This document shows positions 9,320 to 19,429 of a stretch of 64,000 nucleotides of DNA, one piece after another. This stretch comes from Thermoproteota archaeon. GTDB taxonomy: Archaea; Thermoproteota; Thermoprotei; Thermofilales; B9-G17. The notes beneath the pieces were generated by a model. That model was not told the DNA's origin and made no database searches. It saw only the letters and a list, made by a program, of their open reading frames with translations. The position numbers and the translations under genes were made by a program. Location of the stretch: the NCBI GenBank assembly GCA_029258885.1, contig JAPDJW010000002.1:256001-320000 (forward strand), read 5' to 3'. How positions within the stretch are numbered: the stretch's first letter is position 1; each line of letters starts with the position of its first letter.

Positions 9320-10349
9320 GCCTAAGCCAGGTTTTCATCAATACGGAGGATATCTGGGGGAAACTAAGAACGTATGCTATTAGCCTATGCCCAATCCTAT
9401 AGGCAACCTCCTCGTTACTGGGTAGAAGACGCAGTAGAATTCGACCGCCCTTAAAGAAGTATCTCTCACCAGGTATAAACCTATCCTCAAGTATTGGGGC
9501 TGCAAAAACCTCAGTCAATCTTAAGACGAGCTTCCTTAAAAGCTCGTTCCTAAGCCTCCACGCAAGCTTCCTAGCTCTAAGCAGTAGCCTAAGTATCTCT
9601 ATGCCTTTAATCCTGAAGTATCCCTTCCGGAGGAGCTCCTCTATAAACCTTGAGTCCCTAGGATCAGCCTCTATGCCCAGCCTCTCCAGCTCATCCCTAG
9701 TTACGTTTATGTATCCGCCCCTAAGATCGTAGACTAAGTCTAGGATATCGTCCAGCATGCCCAATGCAATGCCTAGGTCTTCAGCTATCTTATCTACATA
9801 CGCATCCTTAAAACCGCATAGCGTGAAGTATAGCTTAAAGAAGCATACGGCCTTCTTATATAGCAGATTCCTCATGACACCGTCATTAAGTATAATCCAT
9901 CTTCTCTCAGCATCCATCCTAGCGCTCTCATAAAGCTCTTTAATTATGTATATGATGCTTTTATCGTAAAACCTGTGTACGTTATCTATGAACTGTTGAA
10001 GCCATAAATACCTAAGATGTTCACCGGACCTAAACTCATACTCGTTATCAAAGCACTTCCTGACAACCTCCCACTCCTTATCCAGTATTTCGAGCTGTCT
10101 TCTTCTAGAGAGCCTCGGCCTATCAATAACGTCATCTATCTCCCTTATATAGGCCCACGCCAGAGACCACGTCTCCGATCCGATACGCTTAGGAACCATC
10201 TGGCTGAAGTAGTGGAGGAAATCTCTAAACCTCAAATATTTCCTCGCGGAATTTACCTTAAACGAATACGATATACATTCGTTAGGATAGGTTAGATAAA
10301 GCAACAGTCCAGTGCCACAAACTTTTACCTTCATCAAATCCTCTCTCAA
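9276..10349 (-). CDS. Class I isoprenoid synthase fold protein (squalene/phytoene synthase-like)
   Basis: Two Asp-rich motifs: AYIREIDDVID and LGMLDDILDLVYDLRGGYINV..DELERLG. Confidence 0.65.
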   Translation of the reverse strand: MREDLMKVKVCGTGLLLYLTYPNECISYSFKVNSARKYLRFRDFLHYFSQMVPKRIGSETWSLAWAYIREIDDVIDRPRLSRRRQLEILDKEWEVVRKCFDNEYEFRSGEHLRYLWLQQFIDNVHRFYDKSIIYIIKELYESARMDAERRWIILNDGVMRNLLYKKAVCFFKLYFTLCGFKDAYVDKIAEDLGIALGMLDDILDLVYDLRGGYINVTRDELERLGIEADPRDSRFIEELLRKGYFRIKGIEILRLLLRARKLAWRLRNELLRKLVLRLTEVFAAPILEDRFIPGERYFFKGGRILLRLLPSNEEVAYRIGHRLIAYVLSFPQISSVLMKTWLRLVGDSCGEDRDSRI

Positions 10350-10425
10350 CAGTTTACATGCTATAACCTATACATCACCCTAATATATTTAAGCCTAATT
10401 TCGGTAAAAAGGTCAGCTATAATTA

Positions 10426-13400
10426 TTAAAGTAAACCGGTTTCTCTTTCCCTTAGAATATTCATTATTTTCTCTATCTTTAGCATTTGTTCATTATATCT
10501 TTTAAGCTTAGAATCTAATGGTTTCTTCTTCCTTAGGTATTCGCGCTCGCTTATCTCCCTAAGCTTATATGCTACATCAAGCTTTTCTATCTCGGAGCTT
10601 ATTCTAGAAATCTCATCCCTGAGCTGCTTGTAGAATGGCTCAAGTTTAAGTGATATAGCCCTCAAATTCCTATAGAGCTTATCAAGCTCACTCTGATACT
10701 TAACCAAGTAGTCTCTATAGAGGCTCGGCGATATCCTAGTTTTAATATTCTCTAGAGTATTGAGTCTCTCTTTTACATCCTCTATTTTCTCGAGAACCTT
10801 ATCAGCCTGTTCAAATAATTCATCAAGAGTAAACGCCTCTCTAGGCGCCCTCCTCCTAAGGATTATGTATCTGATCTGGGCCGCCTTCCAGTCGGGATAC
10901 TTAAGAATATTCTTCTCCAAATTATACACTGTATCGCTTAAGTATATGTAGTCCTTATACTCTTTAGGCAGCTCGAGCACTAGCCTCACTATATCTCCCT
11001 CTCTTCGAGTCACAAGCCTAGCTCTAATACTCTCAGGGGTCCTAAGGTGAGGAACCTTAATGTTGAAGTCTACCGAGAACGTGCCGTCCAGCCTAATCTC
11101 CTCGGATAGAAACTCCTTCCTTGAAACTATCCTCTCCTTAATGAACTTATATAGGAGCTTTGTCTCAAAGACCGATACCTTAATTGGGAGAATGTATCTG
11201 GCTACATCCTTTTCTATCCTCAAATCCTCCTGAGAAATAACCTTCCTACTAGCTCTCCCCAATAAAGTCATTTTGCGGACCTTAAGGCTGGGATATATTC
11301 CAGCAAGCAGCGAAACTATTATTCCGAGAGCAAAGGATATGTATGCAGATTCTATAGTCATAAAGGCAGCCTCCTCGGACTTCATAAATGGAACGCCGGT
11401 TATTGTCGTTAAATCAATGGTAAACCTAAGCACGGCCGGGTAGATAACCCAGCCAATAAAGGAGGAGATAAAGCCCAATATTAAGGCTTCAATAAGCACC
11501 ATCTGGGACAATACGTGGGGTACACCACCGAGAATTGCAAGCATCTTAATATCACGTCTCCTTTCCTCGAAGACATTTATCATAACTATTAAAACCATAA
11601 ATGAGGAGATAATGATAGGAACCACTGCGGATTCAAGCCCCTTAACAGCCAGAAAGAACGCTTTTTCGTACACAACCCCATATCCATTGGAGAATACTAT
11701 GACTTTTGCTGGATAAAGTAGCGCAAGCTTTACGCCTAAATCATGGAGCTTACTGGTATCATTAACCATTAGAACAACTGTTTGAATAGCCATGTCCGAG
11801 TGATCCGTTTGACTTGACGGAATTATAACGCCTATATCGCCGTGGATAAATAGTTTCTCGGAGTTAAAGAGCGACATATTTTCTAGGCATCGATAGTCCA
11901 CTATGCAGGTAACCTTCAAGGGTTTAGACATAGGAGTCGCGGGAACAAGCCCAGCTTGAGGAGCTTCTATGGCATTGTACGGCGTAACATAGCTACCCAA
12001 GCTCGTGAATATTGATACCTTGCTTGAGAGAATTATACCGTCTTCATGCTCCTTGGGCACGTAGCCTAGCAGAATATACGGGGTAATATTTAGGTACTTT
12101 ATAATCAGCGAAGTATTCATTGAAATTGCGTCGATTAGATAATTGGCGTTGGAAATCGATAAAAGCGTGCCTGCGTAAGTGAAGTTCTTAACTCGAATCA
12201 GGTACATCTCCTTTGAGCCCGTTAAGTTAGTGATCCACCTAATTTCAGATGGGTTAAAGCCGTCTGGCCGTCTTATCAGATTAATCTTAACAATTATGCC
12301 TGAGCCCTTGATGTTAACCTTTACCCTGCTCTCAAATAGCCCAGCGGATACGTTAACCTTCACCACTGATAGGAGTGAAGAGATAGTTAGCACTAGCGTA
12401 ACTATTGTAAGCAAGGTTCTCCACTTTCTAGCTTTCATGTATTGAATAATTAGCGTTAACGAAAGCTTCCTTTCAGGCTTCATAATGAACGATAAAGCTA
12501 TGTATATACCATAGACCAAGCTTCCAAACAATATTATGGATGCGAACAGTGCACCGTATTCGAAGGACGCTATGGGTATGCCTATACGCTCAAGCAACGT
12601 TGCCGACGCAATCCTAAAGGCTGGCTGAGTCTCGAATAAAGTAATCATCATAAGGAAGAATATAGCCGTCCTAATAATGAACGCAGACTTCCTATCCCAA
12701 GAAAGCAGCGATGCGACAGCTATAGAGAAGCCTAAAACTAGAAGTATCATAAGTAGGGATGAGTAGAATGATAGGCTTTTAACCTTTCCAGCCTCGATCC
12801 ACATACGATCTAGAGTATCGATAAGGGTATTCAATGCACCGATAGCATTCTCGAAATCTCCTCTTTCAATTAAATCAATTATATGCTGTTTAAGCATCAG
12901 TAATGTTTCAACTTCAATACTGCTTACTATCGGATAGCCGAATGAATTAAACCAGTCTATTTCCGAGAATAACATTCTATACTTAACGGCTAGGTATTCT
13001 TTGATGTAATATGCTGAAAACGGTATATAGTTTGTCGAATTCGTTATGAAAACGTTCATTTTAAGGTAGGGTATAAGTTCTCTGCTATATCTCTGGAAAG
13101 CCTTCTCTCCATATTCTATAGTAATAGCATAGCTCATGGGTAGGAGATACGTTGAGTAATACTTTGAATATATGTGGTTCGCGGCCTTTAATCCGGGCCT
13201 TACAATTAGGCTTAACTTTTTCCTACTTATTGGATTATAGTCGGAGATATTAACGAGTTTACCCCTTAAGACCCATATTCTACCGATAACAACCGTATAG
13301 TTACTGAAGCTTTTCACCTCTAAATTAGCGTCAATGCCTTTAACGATAGTAGTATTGTCGATGAGCCTAAATAGCCCCGTGTAACCGACCAGCTCTAAAA

Positions 13401-13728
13401 ATATATTCTCAATCTTTACTGGAACTAGACCATAGCTATAGCCTATACTTATCTCACGGAGTCTAGCCGATGTAGGCTTAAAGTCCAACTGCGTATGATA
13501 TAGTATGTATCCAGAGGCGTTAGTTATACCCGAAAATATGTATTCGCCGACGTTGGTAGATACTTTCACCGATAAGCTAGCATTATGGACGGCTTCCTCC
13601 GTGAAGTAGTCTCTCACCTGGATGGCTATGTACATACTATGTTCCGTAGGTTCGCTGTACAGGTGAGGAATACTAAGGAATATAGCTGAGATTGAAACCA
13701 AAAGAATAAGCATGGCAAACTTATTCAT
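10426..13728 (-). CDS. Large FtsX/MacB-like ABC permease with cytoplasmic coiled-coil tail (about 1100 aa)
   Basis: Signal peptide at MNKFAM (ATG 13728, GAGGTGG SD; the track start at 13827 overlaps the upstream gene). Two TM bundles and the FtsX motif FEERRRDIKMLAILGG. Confidence 0.8.
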   Translation of the reverse strand: MNKFAMLILLVSISAIFLSIPHLYSEPTEHSMYIAIQVRDYFTEEAVHNASLSVKVSTNVGEYIFSGITNASGYILYHTQLDFKPTSARLREISIGYSYGLVPVKIENIFLELVGYTGLFRLIDNTTIVKGIDANLEVKSFSNYTVVIGRIWVLRGKLVNISDYNPISRKKLSLIVRPGLKAANHIYSKYYSTYLLPMSYAITIEYGEKAFQRYSRELIPYLKMNVFITNSTNYIPFSAYYIKEYLAVKYRMLFSEIDWFNSFGYPIVSSIEVETLLMLKQHIIDLIERGDFENAIGALNTLIDTLDRMWIEAGKVKSLSFYSSLLMILLVLGFSIAVASLLSWDRKSAFIIRTAIFFLMMITLFETQPAFRIASATLLERIGIPIASFEYGALFASIILFGSLVYGIYIALSFIMKPERKLSLTLIIQYMKARKWRTLLTIVTLVLTISSLLSVVKVNVSAGLFESRVKVNIKGSGIIVKINLIRRPDGFNPSEIRWITNLTGSKEMYLIRVKNFTYAGTLLSISNANYLIDAISMNTSLIIKYLNITPYILLGYVPKEHEDGIILSSKVSIFTSLGSYVTPYNAIEAPQAGLVPATPMSKPLKVTCIVDYRCLENMSLFNSEKLFIHGDIGVIIPSSQTDHSDMAIQTVVLMVNDTSKLHDLGVKLALLYPAKVIVFSNGYGVVYEKAFFLAVKGLESAVVPIIISSFMVLIVMINVFEERRRDIKMLAILGGVPHVLSQMVLIEALILGFISSFIGWVIYPAVLRFTIDLTTITGVPFMKSEEAAFMTIESAYISFALGIIVSLLAGIYPSLKVRKMTLLGRASRKVISQEDLRIEKDVARYILPIKVSVFETKLLYKFIKERIVSRKEFLSEEIRLDGTFSVDFNIKVPHLRTPESIRARLVTRREGDIVRLVLELPKEYKDYIYLSDTVYNLEKNILKYPDWKAAQIRYIILRRRAPREAFTLDELFEQADKVLEKIEDVKERLNTLENIKTRISPSLYRDYLVKYQSELDKLYRNLRAISLKLEPFYKQLRDEISRISSEIEKLDVAYKLREISEREYLRKKKPLDSKLKRYNEQMLKIEKIMNILRERETGLL

Positions 13729-13738
13729 ACAACCACCT

Positions 13739-16408
13739 CTACAGCTTTCTAAGCTTTTCCTCATACTCCTTCTTAAGCTTAACATAGTACTTCTCCTCAA
13801 CGAGCCCCTTCCTGTATAGATCCTCAAGCCTCTCGAGGAGCTGCTTATACCTCATCTTCTCCCTATATGCCACGCTTTCAGTCCTATACCACCAGAACCC
13901 TATCCCAGACCACATCACGATAACCACAGCCGCAAGAATCCAGAGATAGCTTGTAGGCTTAACACTTAAAGTTAGGACAAGATTCCTACCAACATCTACT
14001 ACCTTCTCTATAAAGTACTGCCCCTTAGATACAGATATCCTAAACATACCCTTAGGCAAAATTAAGCTTACCCTGCCGAGAGAGTCTGTGTAAGCCTTCA
14101 CCTCCTGGGTACGCCAGCCCGGTGGAGCCTTACCTTCAACAGCCGTAACCCTAACTAAGGCGTAAGCTAGGGGTGTGTTCTCAGCATAAACGTATATGGT
14201 AACGTTATACACGTCGACCCTAAGCTTAACAACCTCTCCCGTGAGGTTTATCATGTAATAGTTTAAGTTTACATCGCCCCACTTGATAATAACTGTATAT
14301 CTTCCTATCGGCAGTCTAGACTTGAATACCATACCATTATCATCGCTTATGTCCATGAAGAGGAGATTGCCTTCACTGTCCAGTAGGCTAACGTATAGTC
14401 CTTTAATAGGCTTACCATAGCTATTAATTAACTGTATCGTCATATCGGCTAGGCTAAAGTTAAAATTAAAGTCTACATTTCCAGCTAGGTATAAACTTCT
14501 ATTCATACACAGTTCGTTATACTTGGCTAGGACAATGTAGCTATCCGAGGTTAGGTTACGGAATTCAATAATACCGCTTGAGTTTGTAACACCCTTTGCT
14601 ACCACTTCACCGCTAGTATTTGAGTAAAGCAATACTATACAGCTGGGGAGGGGCTTTCCCAAGTAATCGCTACACCTAATAGTTAAATTAAACCTAGGCT
14701 CTTTCCTCTTAGGTATAAATGGTATTATTGAAACATTAACAATCTTTTCAAGTGTAGTGTATCCGTATTCACTTAGCATTGAAACTTCTATCTCATGATT
14801 ACCTTCAACTAACGGTAGCACGGTAAAGTTTGCTGAAATACTGCTACCAGACGATAAATTTAGGAAGTAAAGCGAATTATTTCCAATTATCTTAAGCCCC
14901 TCATCAACGTTCACAGCTAACGTGAGGTTCCTGACGTTCTCCATTACATCCACGAGTACTGTTACGTTAAACAGCTCATCAACCTCAACCTCGGAGGGGG
15001 AACTAAGCCCCATTCTAAATGGATAGATCACGGGAGAAAGCTGTAAATGTATCTTCAGAAGCATTTCAAGCATCAATTTTCTCAGCCTATCCACGCTATC
15101 GGAATATATCGAAGCTAGACATACTCCGTACTTAAGGCTTAGGGTATCATTCTTAATTATATCTGGTTCAAGCTGATAAGCCAGCGATAAGGTGTCCCCC
15201 TCCTTCAATACTACTAAACGCCTAAGAGAACTACTTAAATTGAAAAGTCCGTCGGTGGGGTTTTCAATTAACAGCTCTAGGGCATCGCTTAAGTTCTGCA
15301 GGTAGGCGAGCGAATCAATTAGATAGGTTATGTTTAATCCCTCGCTAATACTCTTGGATGCATAAAGTATCGAGGTGAAGTTCCTAACAATATTACTATA
15401 AAATGTTATTGTTTCATTTGTGGCTGTCTGATTTAAATAATTCACTATAGTCTTATTCAGTATTAGCGGGAGATTTAGCATCGTATCATTAATGAGAATA
15501 GCTAATCCACGTTTTTCTCCGGAGTTAAGGTATAGCCATGAAGGAGCCGGATAAATGCTTTTAACTATACGGTCTTCACTTAAATTGATCGTAACATTAT
15601 TTCTGGCGTTTATCTTATCAAATATTTCGCCGTTTAAATCCAGGATTATGGGATAGATTGCTTTAATATCGTAAGATCTACTGATTTCAAGCGTTAATTC
15701 CATATAGACTAGAGGGGTGAACGAGGAGAAGTAATAGATCCTGCTGTAGTTTATTCCGTACCCCTCCTGTACTATTCTTATAACCGATACGAGAGAGCTA
15801 TTAACATCAACGTATATTCCCTGAATATCCAGGTCGCTTGAGGTTACGATAGAGCCATTGGACAGGAATATCGAGAAGCCTGGGAAATTAAATCCGTAAA
15901 TACTTATGCTTTCATCGGATACATTCTTTAATATAAGCCTATATAGACCGCCGTACACACTTATATTAAACCTGGCATTAACGGAACTAGTGTAGACCAC
16001 TATATCTCCAGTAGCGTTTTCACGCCTTACAATAAAGTTTCCAACATGCTCTCCAACCATTTCATTGCTGTAGAATTCAACCAGTAGATTCCTATACGAG
16101 AACGGCGGCACCCTAACGTATACGGCTAGCCTAACCGTGCTGTAAAAGCATGAATTACCATAGAATTTCTCATCGAGAATATAATAGCTAGTCTCCTGTC
16201 CTTCCTCATACTTTACGGATAACGTCCCGTTATAGGCTTCTCCGTACGAAAACTTCACATCGAAATATATTAGCCCATTATATTCAAAGGGTAGAGGGTT
16301 AAGAACAATAACTTTTCTGAATCCAGTTTCTTCTGCGGGCTTGGAAGGATACGGAGGAACGTAATGAACTATGAGAAGAAGAACCAGAATCAAAAATATT
16401 CTTCTCAT
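13739..16408 (-). CDS. Large secreted, membrane-anchored surface protein with Ig/carboxypeptidase-regulatory-like repeats and a short cytoplasmic helical tail
   Basis: Signal peptide; many N-x-S/T sequons; repeated G.T..nG...f..l..g.Y.v units; C-terminal TM followed by LERLEDLYRKGLVEEKYY. Confidence 0.75.
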   Translation of the reverse strand: MRRIFLILVLLLIVHYVPPYPSKPAEETGFRKVIVLNPLPFEYNGLIYFDVKFSYGEAYNGTLSVKYEEGQETSYYILDEKFYGNSCFYSTVRLAVYVRVPPFSYRNLLVEFYSNEMVGEHVGNFIVRRENATGDIVVYTSSVNARFNISVYGGLYRLILKNVSDESISIYGFNFPGFSIFLSNGSIVTSSDLDIQGIYVDVNSSLVSVIRIVQEGYGINYSRIYYFSSFTPLVYMELTLEISRSYDIKAIYPIILDLNGEIFDKINARNNVTINLSEDRIVKSIYPAPSWLYLNSGEKRGLAILINDTMLNLPLILNKTIVNYLNQTATNETITFYSNIVRNFTSILYASKSISEGLNITYLIDSLAYLQNLSDALELLIENPTDGLFNLSSSLRRLVVLKEGDTLSLAYQLEPDIIKNDTLSLKYGVCLASIYSDSVDRLRKLMLEMLLKIHLQLSPVIYPFRMGLSSPSEVEVDELFNVTVLVDVMENVRNLTLAVNVDEGLKIIGNNSLYFLNLSSGSSISANFTVLPLVEGNHEIEVSMLSEYGYTTLEKIVNVSIIPFIPKRKEPRFNLTIRCSDYLGKPLPSCIVLLYSNTSGEVVAKGVTNSSGIIEFRNLTSDSYIVLAKYNELCMNRSLYLAGNVDFNFNFSLADMTIQLINSYGKPIKGLYVSLLDSEGNLLFMDISDDNGMVFKSRLPIGRYTVIIKWGDVNLNYYMINLTGEVVKLRVDVYNVTIYVYAENTPLAYALVRVTAVEGKAPPGWRTQEVKAYTDSLGRVSLILPKGMFRISVSKGQYFIEKVVDVGRNLVLTLSVKPTSYLWILAAVVIVMWSGIGFWWYRTESVAYREKMRYKQLLERLEDLYRKGLVEEKYYVKLKKEYEEKLRKL

Positions 16409-17202
16409 TTAGCACCACCCAGAATCCTCATGCAGTTATAGAACGCTGTATCAACTCTACTTATTTCGTCCTGAATCCTAGCTATCTCATCAGTTAACTC
16501 ACTGCGCTGAGATTCAAGCTTTATCCTAATAGAGTTAAACTGTAGTTGATTGTATTCGCCGATAGCAAACCTGATCTCATGCTCTCTAAGCTTATCGTCT
16601 ATTGACTCAATCTTTGACTTAAGGCTCTCCATTTTCCTAAGGAGAGCTATCTTCCTCGACGACCATACATCGTATAAATCCTTAAAGAATGATTCCACAG
16701 TCTTTCTTTTATCGGGAGTTAAGCCTCTATCCAGATACGTATTAAGGACAATAACTTCATCCTCCACATTAACTTCATTCAGAATCTTAGTTATCAAGTC
16801 TATATGTTTCTTAAGCGAGCTAATTTCCTGCAATATACGTAGCCTACTAGGCGAACCCCTCCACTCGCTCTCGGGAACAACCTTACCGCTATCGAAGTCC
16901 TTTAGAAACATTTGGAACTTAGTATGTACAACCCTAAGATCAACTAGAATTCGTTTAGCATCATCCCTGCAACTAATATACTTCTCAAAGACATTACACA
17001 TATCGTCTACGACTTCAATGCTCAGCTTCTCATACGTCTCTTTATCGAGCTCTCCGTGCCTAAGCATCCTCCTAAGCTCAGCATAGCGTCTTAGAAGAGA
17101 CTTAAGCCTACCTCTAAGCTCCTTAATTCTCTTAATTACATCCCCAGCTCTAAATAACACGTTCTCGGCGTCACTAAACAGCTTAGACATATTACCACTC
17201 AC
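16405..17202 (-). CDS. Soluble coiled-coil protein with two CdvA-like/SHOCT-like motifs
   Basis: LRRMLRHGELDKETY and LREHEIRFAIGEYNQLQF; no TM or signal peptide; stop overlaps the next start. Confidence 0.6.
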   Translation of the reverse strand: MSGNMSKLFSDAENVLFRAGDVIKRIKELRGRLKSLLRRYAELRRMLRHGELDKETYEKLSIEVVDDMCNVFEKYISCRDDAKRILVDLRVVHTKFQMFLKDFDSGKVVPESEWRGSPSRLRILQEISSLKKHIDLITKILNEVNVEDEVIVLNTYLDRGLTPDKRKTVESFFKDLYDVWSSRKIALLRKMESLKSKIESIDDKLREHEIRFAIGEYNQLQFNSIRIKLESQRSELTDEIARIQDEISRVDTAFYNCMRILGGAK

Positions 17203-17340
17203 CTAAGAATACATACTAACTAAGATAAACTTTTTCAAGAGATTAACGGAGAACCCAGCAAGACGTTTGAGATCATTAGTGCTTTTAGTGAGAGATACAA
17301 ATTATTAGTTAACCAGCTATTTAATAGTGAGGCTGGTAGA

Positions 17341-18057
17341 TTGGGAGTTCTAGTAGAGAACAAGCTCTGGAGAAACAAGTTATTCGTATTTAGGGATAGG
17401 TTCGACGCTGGAATAACGCTAGCTAGCTTTCTACTAAAACACAACGTCGACTACGACTTAGTCATAGCCATACCCGCTGGAGGAGTACCTGTAGGCATAG
17501 AAATAGCCAGGCTTAAACGGTGCAAACTATACCTAGCAATAACCAGGAAAATACTGTATCCATGGACCACTGAAGCTGGCTTCGGCGCAGTATCGTGGAT
17601 GGGGGAGGTTGAGGTAAATAGGGGCATTACGGAGGTAACTATGATAAGCGATGCAGACATAGATAGAAGCATAAAAAGGGCCTTCAGAAGCATAGAGAAG
17701 AGAATGGAGCTTTTCAAGGAATACCTGCCGCCAAAGGATCTAGGGAACCAAAAAGTCGTTATAGTAGACGATGGCCTAGCTACAGGATACACTATGCTAG
17801 TCACTGTTAGAAGCATTAAAAAGCTAAACCCCGGTAAGATAATAGTCGCTGTGCCCACGTCATCCGAATCAGCAATAAACATGATAGTAGACGAGGTCGA
17901 CTACGTCTACGTCATAAACCTTCGAACGGGACTATTCTATGCGGTGGCAGACGCCTATAAATACTGGAGAGACCTGTCGGAGGAGGAAGTGCTTGAAATG
18001 GTTAGGAAGTACTATGAATGGCTTAAAAGTGGATCCCCAAGGTACGTGCGTCAGTAA
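17341..18057 (+). CDS. Type I phosphoribosyltransferase family protein
   Basis: VVIVDDGLATGYT PRPP-binding loop; FRDRFDAG and AIPAGGVPVG. Confidence 0.88.
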   Translation: MGVLVENKLWRNKLFVFRDRFDAGITLASFLLKHNVDYDLVIAIPAGGVPVGIEIARLKRCKLYLAITRKILYPWTTEAGFGAVSWMGEVEVNRGITEVTMISDADIDRSIKRAFRSIEKRMELFKEYLPPKDLGNQKVVIVDDGLATGYTMLVTVRSIKKLNPGKIIVAVPTSSESAINMIVDEVDYVYVINLRTGLFYAVADAYKYWRDLSEEEVLEMVRKYYEWLKSGSPRYVRQ

Positions 18058-18317
18058 ATATTATACCTAACCCTAAACGAATCCACGTTAATCCTCTCAA
18101 TATCCGCTATCTCTACAATCCTACCTGTATAGTCCTGAAGCTCATACCTTAAGTCATCAAGCCAATCATATATACCACACGAAATACAGAAGCTACCAGA
18201 AATATTGACTACAACGTATCCATCACCAATTTCAACTAGACTCGCTGTAGCTTCAGGAGACCTATACCTATTATACTCCTCTATAGCTCTAACTATTTTA
18301 CTACTATCGATATTCAT
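18051..18317 (-). CDS. Small CxxC protein, NifU C-terminal/FSCA-like (about 88 aa)
   Basis: LVEIGDGYVVVNISGSFCISCG resembles the NifU-C pattern; probable start MNIDSS at 18317. Confidence 0.5.
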   Translation of the reverse strand: MNIDSSKIVRAIEEYNRYRSPEATASLVEIGDGYVVVNISGSFCISCGIYDWLDDLRYELQDYTGRIVEIADIERINVDSFRVRYNIY

Positions 18318-18431
18318 ATTATGAGATAAACATAATAAGTAAATATCTATTACTACAGCATAAATGAGGAGCATCGCTGTAGATAACTACGATAAAAGAA
18401 AACCATTTCTAAGGTGAACTGCTATCTTTCT

Positions 18432-18890
18432 CTATAGGTAAAACTCGTACTCACAGTAGGGGCTACCGGTAGCCATGCATGTCTTTTCACGTGAAGACCT
18501 AATCTTAAAGCCAGTTAAGCCCTCGATAAGGCCCGAAATATAGCCCCTAGTGAATGTACATACTGGTATATCTGATTTCTCATAGCAGCCAGCTTCAAAA
18601 CTATTATAAAGCCTTAAACGTATACACCTAGCTAACAGGTTTATATCCGTAAAAATAGCTCTACCAAACCCTCTCTCCATGAGGATATCAACTATTTTCT
18701 TCGCGAAAAACTCTTTCTCAAAAATATCAGTGTTTCTGGTACTCTTAATATTCTCTCCTTCAAGAAGTCCGATGTTATAGCCTATGTGGTAGAAAAGTGC
18801 CCCGACTCCGTCACCATAGTTATTTCTAAATCGCATTAACGCTAAACCGAGGAACCTAGCATTAAGTTTTAGCATATTATCATTTTTCAT
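18432..18890 (-). CDS. V4R (4-vinyl reductase) domain protein
   Basis: GFGR, NSFEA, PVCTFTRGYISG, EKTCMATGSPYCEY. Confidence 0.88.
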   Translation of the reverse strand: MKNDNMLKLNARFLGLALMRFRNNYGDGVGALFYHIGYNIGLLEGENIKSTRNTDIFEKEFFAKKIVDILMERGFGRAIFTDINLLARCIRLRLYNSFEAGCYEKSDIPVCTFTRGYISGLIEGLTGFKIRSSREKTCMATGSPYCEYEFYL

Positions 18891-19078
18891 ATTCCATCAG
18901 TATAATATACGAGGATATCTCATATATAAATTTTAGCATTAAAATAGCAAAAATTTAAATATTATAGCTATAATAATTCCATTTATTGCAAAGATAGGGA
19001 AAGCTATATCTGGAGTATTTAGGCATTTAAGTGCTAAAATTTATATATGAGAAGACAACATTATAAGATGGGAAGCGT

Positions 19079-19405
19079 ATGAGGCCAAAAGGTAAGCTTG
19101 AAATAATAAAAGTAGTAATAATTTCATTAACATTACTACTCTTAATCTCTCATGCTCAAGCCATACCGATAAGAAAGATAAAGAAAATAGTAAATAACAT
19201 TAATATTAAGGAGGGAGAGCCAACAACAATACGCCTAAACTATTTCACAGTAACCATATACATAACCGATACTCCTCCCGAAAACGCAACAATTATAATT
19301 GGCGCGGGCCTTAACGGAGACTACTGGATAGTCATAGAACTATCTAACGGCATCATAATAGCTATCGACCCAAGAGAAGCAGTATCTCCCTCCCTACCCG
19401 GATAA
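19079..19405 (+). CDS. Small secreted hypothetical protein
   Basis: Basic N-terminus, hydrophobic stretch and AQA cleavage site; upstream TATA-like TTTATATA. Confidence 0.55.
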   Translation: MRPKGKLEIIKVVIISLTLLLLISHAQAIPIRKIKKIVNNINIKEGEPTTIRLNYFTVTIYITDTPPENATIIIGAGLNGDYWIVIELSNGIIIAIDPREAVSPSLPG

Positions 19406-19429
19406 AGAATTATAAATAGAGGAAAATCC

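Noticed and set aside
13729-13827. Track start of the 1133-aa permease
   Set aside because: Overlaps the upstream gene by 89 bp; ATG 13728 has an SD and begins a signal peptide.
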